Source: Perna viridis (taxonomy: Eukaryota). From it: a stretch of 64,000 nucleotides of DNA. Below are positions 13,830-26,000 of this stretch, piece after piece. The first letter of the stretch is position 1, and every line of letters begins with the position of its first letter. A model generated the notes under the pieces. That model saw only the letters and a list, made by a program, of their open reading frames with translations. It was not told where the DNA came from and ran no database searches. The translations under genes were made by a program, and so were the position numbers. The DNA lies in assembly GCA_037379345.1 (NCBI GenBank), contig CM074520.1, positions 16,347,488 to 16,411,487 on the forward strand. Reading direction: 5' to 3'.

Positions 13830-14073
13830 GTTTTGCCCCCGTCGCAACGCAATAGGGAACATAGAAAAATTGGTGGCCGAACGGCCGTTGTTCACACTTG
13901 ACTTCATGGACGCAACTCCACTGTTAGTCACCGTATGTAGTTGATGGTATTGCGTGGTCATTTTCATCCCATAAATTTACAGGAGTTATAGGACATTTTC
14001 ACTTCAACTTTTTATTTTGTGGTGGCGGGGGGGGGGTGCATATGGCTAGGGGTAGCAATCTTTTTTCACTTGT
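13830..14073 (+). mobile_element. Non-autonomous Helitron/Helentron-like (HINE-type) remnant
   Basis: Begins TTTTGCCCCCGTCGC and ends with a G-rich stretch then CACTTGT; similar remnants near 3180-3330, 25280-25620 and 58380-58800 (minus). Confidence 0.45.
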
Positions 14074-14654
14074 ATTTCCAGCCAGGATAAACTAATAAGA
14101 TTTTACAAAGAAAAATTATTACTCTTTTCGAACGCGGGATTCTATTTTAGATGTTGGGAATTATCCATAAAGCTCAATGGACAGAAATAGTTCGTTTTCG
14201 CTATCTTTGCAAAACCACCACAAGTAAACTAACAACCAAGGAATGCTCACAACGTCTTTTATATCTTTTTTTTTCATAAATAATGGTTTCATTTAAAGCT
14301 AAAGTTCAAATGTTAAGGACTAATTATAAAATTTAAATGATATTGCATAATAAAGAAAAAGAATCAATGGGGTGATGGGAATGTGTCTATTTGGAACATG
14401 GAGGACGGTGGCAACTGTGAACTTCGGATGATATATAGTGAAATTTTTGAATTTATTACTATTTAAGAACTTTATTGTATCAGCGTACAACATTAAAGTG
14501 ATAATTATTGATACATGTGTAATTAGTTTACAGATTTATATTTCTTTTCCCTTTATTTAAAATGAATAAATGTAAATCTCTTGATTTCCGTAATACAATA
14601 TGAATTGATTCACTTTTTTATCGATGTTGTTTATGACAAAATAAATAATCAATG

Positions 14655-15045
14655 CAACCAAGATGCTAAAAGAATGTAGTCCAAAGACAAAGACCGGACA
14701 TTTAGCACAGACAAAAACAACAGAGAACAAAAAATAACCAAATTGAGGCTGACTTCACCGTGTCTGTAGTATCCTTTATCTCAAGTTCATTGGGGTAGAT
14801 GCAATGTATCAAATCCCAGATATTAGGATTGTTTAAAGATAATACGTCATCTATATAGCGGAAACTGAAATTAAAGGATCTAGCCAATCGATATTCTTTC
14901 TTTCTGATCAGATCAGATCAGCTATAAAGTCAGCCTCAAAAGAGTAAAGGAATTTGTCAGTAAGTAGAGGAGAACAATTTCTTCCATTCAAATGCCAACC
15001 GTTTGTTGAAAAATGCGTCCACCAGACTGGAAAAAACATGTCGAT
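14655..15045 (-). mobile_element. Penelope-like fragment (family A), internally deleted
   Basis: ORF 14702..14887 FRYIDDVLSLNN...ELEIKDTTDT, fused directly to the 3' tail. Confidence 0.85.
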
Positions 15046-15419
15046 TAAAAAAATGTTTTCATAATTTGCGCTCATTTAGTATAATATATTTGCTAGTTTT
15101 GGATCTCAGTTCTTAAAAAAAGATTAAACTTTGAGTATATTTAAGTTATAAATTGCAAGTGAAAACCCATTGGAGAAGAGTAATTCATTGAAAATGTAGT
15201 CGATAGTTATAAGTAAGTCAAAGACTAAAAGAAGCTATCAACGTAAGATATGCAGGAAGGATAAGTCTGATGTATCTTAGCATGATTCAACAGAAGGTTA
15301 ACCACGTAGATGTGATAATGTCATGAATTTTATTTGATGCTATATCTTTCTGAACAGGAAGCTACCTACTATTTAAAAATCTACATTTTATACATTGGTA
15401 GTTATTTGGTGTGATAAAT

Positions 15420-15600
15420 TTGTAATATTTATTCCGAAGTGGCCAGATTTAAAGAAGGGTGGTTGTGATCACGCCAAAGTACTAATCCCAAGGTATTTTT
15501 TCACCTGTTCACTGAACACTCATGGGTGACCTTCAGCTGACATTGTTTTCATCTCGGTGGGGTTGTGTCTCTTCGACACATTCACCATATCCCTTCTTGT
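15420..15600 (+). repeat. Family B Penelope 3' tail / SINE-like repeat
   Basis: GCCAGATTTAAAGAAGGG...GGGGTTGTGTCTCTTCGACACATTC, shared with the 20640 and 29400 copies. Confidence 0.65.
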
Positions 15601-16718
15601 TATATTTGCTGAGTCTGGAGGTACAGTGTCTAAGACGACAATTCAGTGTAGTAGAGAGATGTGTAAGTCCGCACAGGAAACTTGTTAAAACCAGAATTGA
15701 TTTATGTAGTGCTTACAGGTGACGACTTTATTTATAACTGACATTCGCCATGAACTTCCATGAATGTGACACCAGGTGAGAAAGACATCTTTGAGAAATG
15801 AGGTCGTTTGCCATGTTGGACATTGCCCTTTCGTGTAAAATATTAGGATACTTGTAACCATAGTGTCCGAAAATAATGAAACTTTGCATTTTCAAATTTT
15901 TCAGTCTTTAGTGAGCATAATTACTCTCAATAATGTCAAAAGGTGTACAAATTACTTTACCGTTCGGTTTTCTATCGTTCTTTTTTTTCCTTTATTCGAA
16001 ACTAATTTTAAAATTTAACGGCTTGCTTTCTAGCAAACATACAATATCAACCATAGATTTATAACAAAGCCCGTATATTTAACTTTCACTTAACAGATTT
16101 TAGGCTTACGTTTGATGTTTATTGATACAATACAAAGTGCACGTGCGTATATAAAGTTATGATTGTATATCTATTTAAAATATGCCTCGGTTCTTTCACT
16201 GTTTTTATCGTTGGAATTAAAAAAAATCAATACATGCTTCTGAAAGGTACTAAAAGAAAATATTGTATAAAACTTTCATTGTCAATACCTTAGCATATAC
16301 GCAAAACAACCCGTTCAAAGGGGGAAGGCAGTAGAAAAAGTAGCAAATAACAATAGATTTGTATACTTTTTTCTATCAACATTTGTGAATTAAAAAAATG
16401 TATTTTATCAACACAGCTGAATGCACAGTAACAAAAAACTACGTCTAGATTATCTGTGAAAACTTTTAAATTCGTCAAAGGGCACTTGTCCTTTATGTTC
16501 ATGTTCACATAGTTTCATTTATTTTGACCACTTGCAGAACTTGTTTTACACAATAGATTGTTCTACAGCATTCTTCTTCAGTCTGACATAAAGTCTTTCG
16601 GCTACGATTAACCTTGTATAGTTTTTTTTATTAGACTGCATCATGTATTGATGTGCAAATCTTATTAACGATTTCGAGCGTATTGTGTATCTAACTACAT
16701 CTGCAGAAGGGATATATA

Positions 16719-17930
16719 CAATATAGGTACATTGTCGAAAATTATTGAAGATATGTGATGAAGCGACGGAACGGGTAGGAAATGCGAGGCTCCGCCGAGC
16801 TATTTCCCCCGTTCCAAGCCGAATACACATATCTTCAATAATTTTCGACAATGTACCTATATTGTTTTTATCTTGTTATATTAATAGTTTCGTGCGTGTG
16901 TAAATTTTTAAAATAAAATTTTAAAATGCATATCCCCTGAGGAGTCCCGATCGTTAATCCGGAAGAAAAAAAAGTAATACGCATGGCGCATGACTCAGTA
17001 AACATTGAAATTTAATCCGCACCATATAATCCGTCAAAGCTGTTTGAAGAAAATAAGCAATGCATCAAAATTTATTTAATTCCAAGAGACAACTAAGTAA
17101 AATGAACAATAAATACAAATATTTTAAATGTTGTAAAGTCGATTTCAAGAACATTAGGGTTTTGAATTTCACGAGGAAGGTGGAAGCTGACTTGTTTATG
17201 TTTGGTATATGGCAGTAGATTTCAGGGGTGAAACTGGTACACTAGTTTCTTTGGGATTTGAAATATTTGTTTGAGATTTTGGAAGAAGAGGAGGCAGTTG
17301 TATGGGCAGATCTATAATATAGTGTTCCTCTGATTCATTATCTTGGGGTTTAGGCAGTAATAAATCCAATAGCATTACAGTTTCCTGGTCATTTGTCTCT
17401 TAAAGAGTTTTACCATATTGTAATGCTTCAATTTCTTGAAATGGGGACCAGTTTATGTTAAATTGTGACGGACACTCTGGCTCCGAGTCCGACATGACTG
17501 AAATGACAGGGGAAGTCGTCTGCAAACTGATAATGAATCAAATCTGAACGAGATTTGGGATTTGCCATATATACATGTATGACGGTGAAAAAAATACAAA
17601 CAAAATCATTATTTGGTTTAAATAAAATTTTATTTCATTCAGCTAAAAAAAGTCAAAAAGAAACAAAACAGCGAAAAAAAGATAACCGGATACGCAATCG
17701 CAATTTGTTTATATCGTATCTATGGTGGCGGCCATGATTAATTTATGCATACCAGAAAAAAGTAGTTCCGCCGATCACGTGAGTGGGAGGAGCCAGAAAG
17801 TCGATAACCTACTAATGTACGGATACAGCAAAAAAAATAACCGTATACCTTTATTCGTTTAACAAATAACCTCATTGCAGGATAAATTATTTTAATCGCT
17901 ATGGTAACATGAATGTGGCGTAGACATATC
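16719..17930. mobile_element. Crypton-like non-autonomous element: long palindrome plus decayed ORF
   Basis: Long inverted repeat at 16719-16865 centred on GCGAGGCTCCGCCGAGC; interrupted minus-strand ORF MSDSEPECPSQFNINWSPF from about 17494. Confidence 0.5.
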
Positions 17931-17946
17931 AATATGATTGCGTTCT

Positions 17947-18419
17947 TTTAGGTTACAGACCACCAATTCAACCAATGAGCATTTGGTACGTACGCAAAAA
18001 TAGTCCTACGCAGAAATTACCCCTGTTCCTCATAGTGCTGTGAAAAAAGTTCTCATCTTATTTAAAAAATTTAAACAGTTTCTGAAAGGAAAAACATTTC
18101 TGTACATTTTATAGGTGCATTTTGCTTCTTGTGATGTGAAGCCTAATCTCCATAATGAATTTTAAATATACCCCTATCTTGTGAAAACACTGGGATTTCC
18201 CATGCTATTTATAGACCCTTCACTTCCGGTGACCAGTACTGCACTGCAAGTCTGCTAACCCCACATGCCATTCTGAGGATTGTGAGCTGACATATGTAGA
18301 ATCATGATGATATATAGTCATCTGCAGGTTAAAGTTAAGGTAAAGTCCAGAGAAGCCATTGAATATTGTGAAATTAGCATAGAAGCCTATGGGAAGTGGA
18401 ATTAGTGGTTTTTAGCCTT
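17947..18419 (+). mobile_element. 473-bp MITE copy 1 (Kolobok-like ends)
   Basis: Imperfect TIR AGGTTACAGACCACCAATTC / GAATTAGTGGTTTTTAGCCT; differs from copy 2 at 2 positions by eye. Confidence 0.8.
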
Positions 18420-19288
18420 AAGTTGAAGCCATGGCAAAATGAAAAGTTTCTTGAAATAGCTTTAAACTACTTGAAGATCTTGTTAACTTTGCCATGACAG
18501 GAATACACTACAAAAATCCTTCAAAATATGCATTTTTTTTAAGTTATAGGTCCAAATTATGGAAAATTGGTCTTTTTGGCTGATTTTTATGTCCTATCTT
18601 GTAAAAAGTGTAGAAAATTTAGTAAAAATATCAAATATTAAACTTTCAGGGCTATATTTACCTAAATATGGTAGTAATAAGCACTTGAAATCAAGTTTTG
18701 TGTAGATTTGAGCAAAAATTAGGTTAGAAATGAGGAAAAACTCACTTTCATTACTGCGGTTAAGGCCATATAAGCATTCCCCTATGGCAACATGGAAAAT
18801 CCATTATTGAGCACTTTTTTTTGCTTTAGGTGCCCCTTACTGGTCATGTTTTAATGTGGAAACACTGTATTTACAAGTTTAAAGCCAAATATATCACCTT
18901 TTGTGAAAATTTAAAGATTTAGGATTTTTGACATGTGATCAAGAAAAAGGGGGAGGCATGACAGAAATATATTTTTAAAAATAGACCAATTTCTCAGAAA
19001 ATGATTACTTTTAAAACTATTTCTTCATTAATATTGTTAAAAAACAAGTTGTGGTTGATATTTTTTATTTGAAAAGTCAGAAAAAGTTCTTTGCAAATAT
19101 TTAATGCATTTCAGTATGGTAGAATATTGTCACTTTTTTGCTCGCACAACTTGGTTACCCTATATTTAAAAATCAAATATTTAAAAAAGTGCTTGTCACA
19201 TTTCACTGAAACTTTGCAGATGCATTCAGTATGTGTGTAGGAAGATACCTGTACAGTTATTAATTTTTTCTAAGACAAAAAGTGACTC

Positions 19289-19761
19289 TTTAGGTTACAG
19301 ACCACCAATTCAACCAATGAGCATTTGGAACGTACGCAAAAATAGTCCTACGCAGAAATTACCCCTGTTCCTCATAGTGCTGTGAAAAAAGTTCTCATCT
19401 TATTTAAAAAATTTAAACAGTTTCTGAAAGGAAAAACATTTCTGTACATTTTATAGGTGCATTTTGCTTCTTGTGATGTGAAGCCTAATCTCCATAATGA
19501 ATTTTAAATATACCCCTATCTTGTGAAAACACTGGGATTTCCCATGCTATTTATAGACCCTTCACTTCCGGTGACCAGTACTGCACTGCAAGTCTGCTAA
19601 CCCCACATGCCATTCTGAGGATTGTGAGCTGACATATGTAGAATCATGCTGATATATAGTCATCTGCAGGTTAAAGTTAAGGTAAAGTCCAGAGAAGCCA
19701 TTGAATATTGTGAAATTAGCATAGAAGCCTATGGGAAGTGGAATTAGTGGTTTTTAGCCTT
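19289..19761 (+). mobile_element. 473-bp MITE copy 2
   Basis: Direct repeat of 17947-18419 at offset 1342; TTTA on both flanks. Confidence 0.8.
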
Positions 19762-20639
19762 TATAACCCATGATTTCCGTGACAACGTTGTACTTGGTTT
19801 TGTTTTGCAAACAGGAAGATTTATGTTTATTATTTAAATATATATATAAAACTATGTAGCTCTGAGAAAAATATCTTCCGTTGACTGGACCACTGTCTAT
19901 AATCTTATATTTTTACTTGTCAGCTATGAGGTTGATTGCGTTAATTCCATATATTCCCAGCAGAAAATTGAAGCATAGTAGATGGACTTTGTTCATATAA
20001 TCTGATGTATTGAATTCTTGTTTAACAAAGTGTGCATAGACCTTTTTCTTTTACACATATGTCTCATTTGAATAACAAGTGGACACACATAGAATATAAA
20101 ACAAACAAATATGACGTAAAAGAAAGAAAGACAACTCCAAGACTTTCACAAATGTGGGCATAACATTTGCACACTGTTAATCAAATGCAGAAAATTTTAC
20201 TCTGAAGTCCCCGTTAAATAACGCAAAAATAGCATTGTCTTTGCCTAGAAGTTAACGTTATGAAATGAAGAAAGTTTTGTAAATTTAGCAGGTTCTTACT
20301 AATTGAGGTTATCCGCTCTATAAGAGTTATCATGTAATAAAAAGAAACGACAGAAATACAAAGAACAGAAGAATGTTCGGAATTGAGCTATTCCATTTAT
20401 GCAAAACCAGGAATCATATATATTAGGTTCCCGGGAAAAAGTGAAATTTCTGCTTTTATACATGAACTTATTGTATGCACCATGGTTTTCAATTGCTCAT
20501 GGAAAGAATTGAAATTGATATTACATACGATGAGGATTGCTTGTAGGTTTAAACTAGTCTGGAACTAGTATGTCAGTTAACTTCTAGTACATTGTTGTTT
20601 GTACATTTGTGAAACGTATAATTAGTTTATTTATTTGTA

Positions 20640-20985
20640 TTTTGAACAAGGACTCAGATTGTGTAACATTTTTCCCACGGTGCCAGATTTATGAGGGGGT
20701 AAGGTTGTGATCACGTCAAAATACTTTAACTGCGCCGCATTTTTGCGCCTGTCTAAAGCCAGGAATTTCTGGCCTTTGAATGTCTTGCTTCATTTTCACT
20801 TTCAGATTACTGTCGCTGGTGTTTATTATAGGGGTAACTTTTTAGCTATATCTATGTATAATTATATTATGGAATAGCTGCAGACTGCCCAGTGGTGTGA
20901 AGATTTCCCCGTTGTTCATTGAAGACCCATGGATGGTTTTAAAATGACATTTGTAATCCTGTTGGGGTTGTTGTCTCTTTAACAT
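20640..20985 (+). repeat. Family B Penelope 3' tail / SINE-like repeat
   Basis: Similar to 29360-29715 and 15420-15600. Confidence 0.7.
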
Positions 20986-22418
20986 ATATACATAACGTTT
21001 TTTTGTATTATGTATATAGGTAACGCTCTCCTTATATCACACAAATGACATTATTTCTATTTCTAATTCAATTTGATAATTGAATTGCATGTGTTTTTTT
21101 GGGGCTAAATTTGATAGATATGAACTATGACGATTAAAGATGACTCTCTGGATTAGGTGGATTTTTAATAGTATATATTTACTATTCTAAGTTTATTTTT
21201 GTATGTACTTAAAATTAAATGTATTTAAGTCTTTTATTCCCGAGTTTGTATTTTATTATTTTTTTTTTCAAATCATTGAGACATTTAAAATTTATCCTAC
21301 TTTCAATCTAATTATATAAAAAGGAGTAGAGATCCTTCAATTTAAGGTCAAAATATTATCTTCTAGTTAAGTACCAGTCCATATAAAATGCAAAGACTGC
21401 CAATAGAAGAGGTGAATCATGTTGTAGAAATACCCACTGAACAATACTTTTTGGTCTACATACGATATATTGTTGCATTACGATGATCCTGTCTGTATTC
21501 AGACCTGTATTTTTGACGAAATGAAACATTTATTTGACACTAAAATTTACCAAGTCAAACTAAATCATCAAAATTGATGCTGTGCCATGTACAATCTATA
21601 CATTTTTTCCCCAAAAGCGCAACAACCAAATGAAAACTTAGAACTGGTTATGAGGCCTGTAACTCTGAATCAAAAAGAAGAGTAAATTTCATCGGTTTTG
21701 ACTTACATGGATGATCCTCCTCCTCTTCCACCGTCATACTTTTATATAGACTTCTACTAAAATGCTTGATGAATAACTCTTTTTTTTTTCAATTCTACAA
21801 CAAAATATGCATGGAAGAGTTCATTAATTGTTAAACTTGTATTGCTAAAATACATACAAAATACCTAACATTTGTAAATTTTAAATTTATCTTCACAATA
21901 CTGGATCGCTGTCGTAATGTGTATAGAGAGTATTTCTGATTTAAATTTGTGTCATATGATAACACTTCTAATATATGCATAGATCTGAATATATCTGAAT
22001 ATCTGAATAGATGATATAGTAAAAAAATTTTATTGCATGTCATGTTGATGTAGTCGAGTTCCTTCATATAGAAGACACGATATAAGATTACATAATCTGT
22101 CTACCACGAAATTCGATCATGCAAGCCGGTAAAATTTGAACTTGGAAGAAAGTTGTTACGTAAATTAGAAAAAAAAAATAAGTGAACAATAACCACGTTG
22201 AAAGGGTAAAAAGGAACAACATACAAAATATAAATAAAATGTAAAAAAAAAGGAAGATGGGCCCTTTCGGCCTTACGTTTAATTTGAGCCACTTCACAAC
22301 ATATATTATTTTTCATTTTTTGTTAATTGTTCAGCATATTCTTGCTTCAAAAGGAAATCTGTATACGACAAAGAATCGTTTTGCGATGTCTTTTCGTGGA
22401 TGTCTGATGAAAGAAATC

Positions 22419-25204
22419 TTAATGTAATTTAAGTATATATCGAAAACTCATCTTAACCGGAAATATTAATCCAATTGACCGTAGCAAAACAGTAAAGTAA
22501 AACATTAAAGTGATAAAGATATGATAGATTAACGAAAAAATAACTTTGTTGCTATTATCTATTGTGTCTACGATATTGCTCGCAATCGATTTACCGGATA
22601 CAAACGTTTTGTCATCAAAGGAAATATTGAAGTCTTTGCTCTCGAGGAGTTTGATAATTGGGTATATGTCTTCCCAATCTGCATGGCAATATGAAATAAA
22701 AGCTCCGTAAAGAAACGGGATCATTTCGTTTGATGCTCCGTCTTTACGAATTTGCTTGTACAACATGAGATACCAGTACTGAATTGTGTATTTGTATTTA
22801 CGATAAATCGCAAAAAGAATAACTACCAAAAACGACAAAACCAGCGATACATGATCCGAAGATGGTCCACATTTTATCCACGTAGGGTTTTTCGAATTCA
22901 TTTATTTCAAGTAAAAAATCAGGTATTGAAATAGATTTGCCATGTTCTTTAAGCAAACCAAGTCGTCATAGTCTGCGGTGGCAGAATGGTTGTTCCTTAA
23001 GAGAAAATCGATTGATTCACATTTGTACATGAATAGATTGCCACTAAGATACACCTTCACGTTTGATGCTTTACTCATTCTCTTTGTTTACTTTCAATTG
23101 TTTTGATCATGTTGTTCCTTATATCGACAATTTCAAAGTGTTTAAAGTTTTAAACTTCAAGCAGAATATCAGAAAAAATATTGTTTGATATGTTGAGAGC
23201 TTTAAGTGGCATAACAACAGGATCGACGAAAATTGGCGGAAGAAATTTCAAATTATTGCCATACAAACTAATGTGTTGTAAATTTGTCGAATTTGTTAGA
23301 AAATTTTTATTCTCATGGTTATGAAATCCATACACGAGAAAGCAATTTTCACTTGTAAAACTTTCAAGCATTGGAAATCAACCCAGAAAGTTTTTTCGTA
23401 CTGGCAGAAAGGTCCATTCAGATGTTTCTAATGATCTTAGATTTGGTAAACCTTTAATCAGTATGTCACATGAACGAAAGGTTTCGTACGATAAATCAAG
23501 AATCCTCAAATAGTTTCCTCCCGAAAAAGAAACTGAATTAAGGTGCCAACCATTCCATGTCTAAAATGGAATTCTACGATACGGTCAGGAAGACAAAAAT
23601 GCATACTAAACGAAGCTATGTTTGGATTTAAAAAAAGAAAGGCAATAAAACCAAGCGACATTGTCTGTAGCAATGGGGTTCATAGACAAGTCGAGTTCTT
23701 CTAAACAGGGTGATCTAAGAACAAATTGCTGAAAAGATTTTACATCTATTCGTGCTATTGAATCTGCAGATAAATTTATACGCTTGACACAAATCTTTGA
23801 TAAAGGTAGTAATTGTCTTCCGTCAAAATGCATTATTATTGCTTCTGATGGCAAGAGAAGTTAAATTTCGGTTTGCTAAGCAATGAAATTATCGGATAAT
23901 ATCCAGGATGTCAGCACTCAATTTTATAACTATAACCACTTGCTCAACACCCGCTAGATTACAAAGCGCCCCCATATTGTATATGTACTAGAGCGACGTC
24001 AAGTATCTTTATTGGTGCGTTACTTTCTATATCAAACGTTTCATTGGGTAAGATGTAACAACAGGGATTCTTACGCATAACCAAATGGTCCACCGAAGCC
24101 AAATATGCTTGACAGTTCTTAACCGAAATTTAGGAAAAACATCTATCCCCAATTAACTTAAATTTGGCATTTGCTTAAAAATGAAAGAGAGATTTAATGC
24201 ACGATACATCATGTTGTTGAATAACATCAGCTGGGTCATTGAAGGCAGACGGTCAAATGCCTCATAATGAATGAAACCTGATCCTAAACTGTTGTTACCT
24301 AAAAACTGTTTTTTTTAAATTTCGGTAGAGATGAAAAAGATCTATTTTCAATCAAAGATATTGAGTTGAATGCTAAAGTGATGAATGCGAGTTAAGTCAA
24401 ATTGACAAATGCGTGGCTTTGTATTTTTGCAATTTTGCTGCGTTGTAAATCAATTTAATTGACATCAGATGGAAACTCTCTAGCTTTACAATCCAGTTGT
24501 TTCTCTTTAGAGTAGAAACACTGCTCTGTATAATCTGTACATTGTGAAAAAAGAAATACAGTCAGCTTTTTTCTTGTTATAATTGTTTTGGAGATTTATA
24601 TCAACTCATACGTTATGCCAGAGCTTGCCGAAACTACACAGAATTTTTGTATCGCACCAGAATTCTAACAAGTAGGCTTTTGGAACAGGGTTATGTTGCT
24701 ACAAGATGGAAGTCATCACTACAAAAGTTTTATGGTCGTCATCATGAACTCGTGGATCGTTACGGTATATCCATCTGCGCCATGAAAACTGATTTGTTCA
24801 AAGTGTCATAGTTTTCCTTTCCTCTTTCGTCTATCCTGGACATGACTTTTTATGAGAAACTCGGCGGGTGTTTCTAGAAAAGTGGAGGACGCTTACCCTA
24901 CGGTACACCTGTTCCATGCTCCCAGTTTTAGTGGAGACCGAGTTGCTCATTTGCTTTTGTTACATTGTATGTATGATTTTAGTTACTGTATGTTCTTTGT
25001 TGTGTATGTCTGTTTTCCATGTCTGGTCTTTGTCGCTGGATTACTTTTTTTGATTACCGCTATAACCTTGGTTCCCTTGATTACTCTTACATATCTTCCT
25101 TAATATTTGATTTTAATGATGAGAGGTAAAAAGCATATAAAAGTTTGTAGTGCTATATGAATGAAACTTTTGTATTTAACCTCACATTATCAATTTTCAT
25201 CCAT
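22419..25204 (-). pseudogene. Toll-like receptor pseudogene (LRR-NT, LRRs, LRR-CT, TM, partial TIR), apparently intronless
   Basis: LRR-NT and LRRs near 24240-24560 (CFYSKEKQLDCK...IDLQRSKIAKIQSHAFVNL, with stops). LRRs in ORFs 23606..23854 (LEELDLSMNPI) and 23150..23371 (LQHISLYGNNLKFLP, LKALNISNN). LRR-CT near 23000-23060 (VYLSGNLFMYKCESIDFL). TM SLVLSFLVVILFAIY and TIR box 1 YGAFISYCHAD...FVSGKSIASNIVDTIDNSNKVIF in ORF 22419..22901. Many stops and frameshifts; the 5' end is tentative. Confidence 0.88.
24588..25087 (+). mobile_element. Penelope-like retroelement 3' fragment (family A) inserted in the TLR pseudogene
   Basis: Encodes QLIRYARAC...LLEQGYVATRWKSSLQKFYGRHHELVDRYGISI then a 3' tail ending CCCTTGATTACTCT that other copies share. 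Confidence 0.85.
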
Positions 25205-25719
25205 GTTCTAGTTTGAAGAAGTGCACTATGTTATCGCACAACATGATTAACGGATGTTAATAATAAATATAAGCTACTGTCCTCAGTTGCCGTCGTTGTC
25301 CTAGATTGTCGTCGAGATAACATTCTTCCACTGATGCTCTAAAGGAAAAGTAGTAAAAACAATTCGCGCCGTCCCTTTGTGTGATCAAATTTCGTTGGTG
25401 AAGTTTAAGTTCGCGATCTTTTCCAAAATTATACTATACTGTTCTTGGGAAAAAAAAACAGGAAACTTTAATCAGGCTTACCCTTTGAAGTGTTTTCATT
25501 TAAAGGTCATAATATATATAAAGATAAAAAAAATCGATATTTTTTTTCAAAAAAAACTGCATAAAAATATATTAATTCTTCTGAATGGTTATTAAATAAG
25601 CCTTACTGACATAGAAATACACTATATTTAACACATAGATGGACAGTGATAAAGAGACATTAGACAAATAGTCACCATTATTGTACTCAATTTCCATTTG
25701 CTACTTAAAAAGCTTTGAA

Positions 25720-26000
25720 TCAATTAAGTTATTCATTGGAGCGCAAAGATTCCTACTCCTATCGAATACTACAGCAGGGTTCTTTAATGTGCGAGGAATG
25801 TGGCATCTTTCCCTTCACGATGCACCACTATGGTTTGCGGTCAGGTTGTCTGTATTATAGCCTGACAACCGTAGCATGTAACACGCCAGGAAAACCCCAT
25901 TCCACCACCTGGGGCACACATCCCAGTTGCTCTATGGGCAGAGCGCCTAGCCCCGGGTAGGTTTCTGAGCACTATTAAGTCACCTGGACTTGCACGGGGC
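25720..26000 (-). repeat. SINE remnant with a Deu/Nin-like core motif
   Basis: Minus strand GCACATTAAAGAACCC at about 25777-25792 in a GC-richer island. Confidence 0.45.

Noticed and set aside
20290-20480. EECSELSYSI...GKSEISAFIHE resembling a vWA-domain segment of the VWA7-like gene
   Set aside because: Too degenerate and without clear splice sites; needs tblastn
22400-22420. CTGATGA...GAAA hammerhead-like core
   Set aside because: No flanking stems and too short a spacing
24852-25103. Hydrophobic ORFs here and at 35140-35417 and 27280-27567
   Set aside because: Incidental translations of the T-rich Penelope 3' tail
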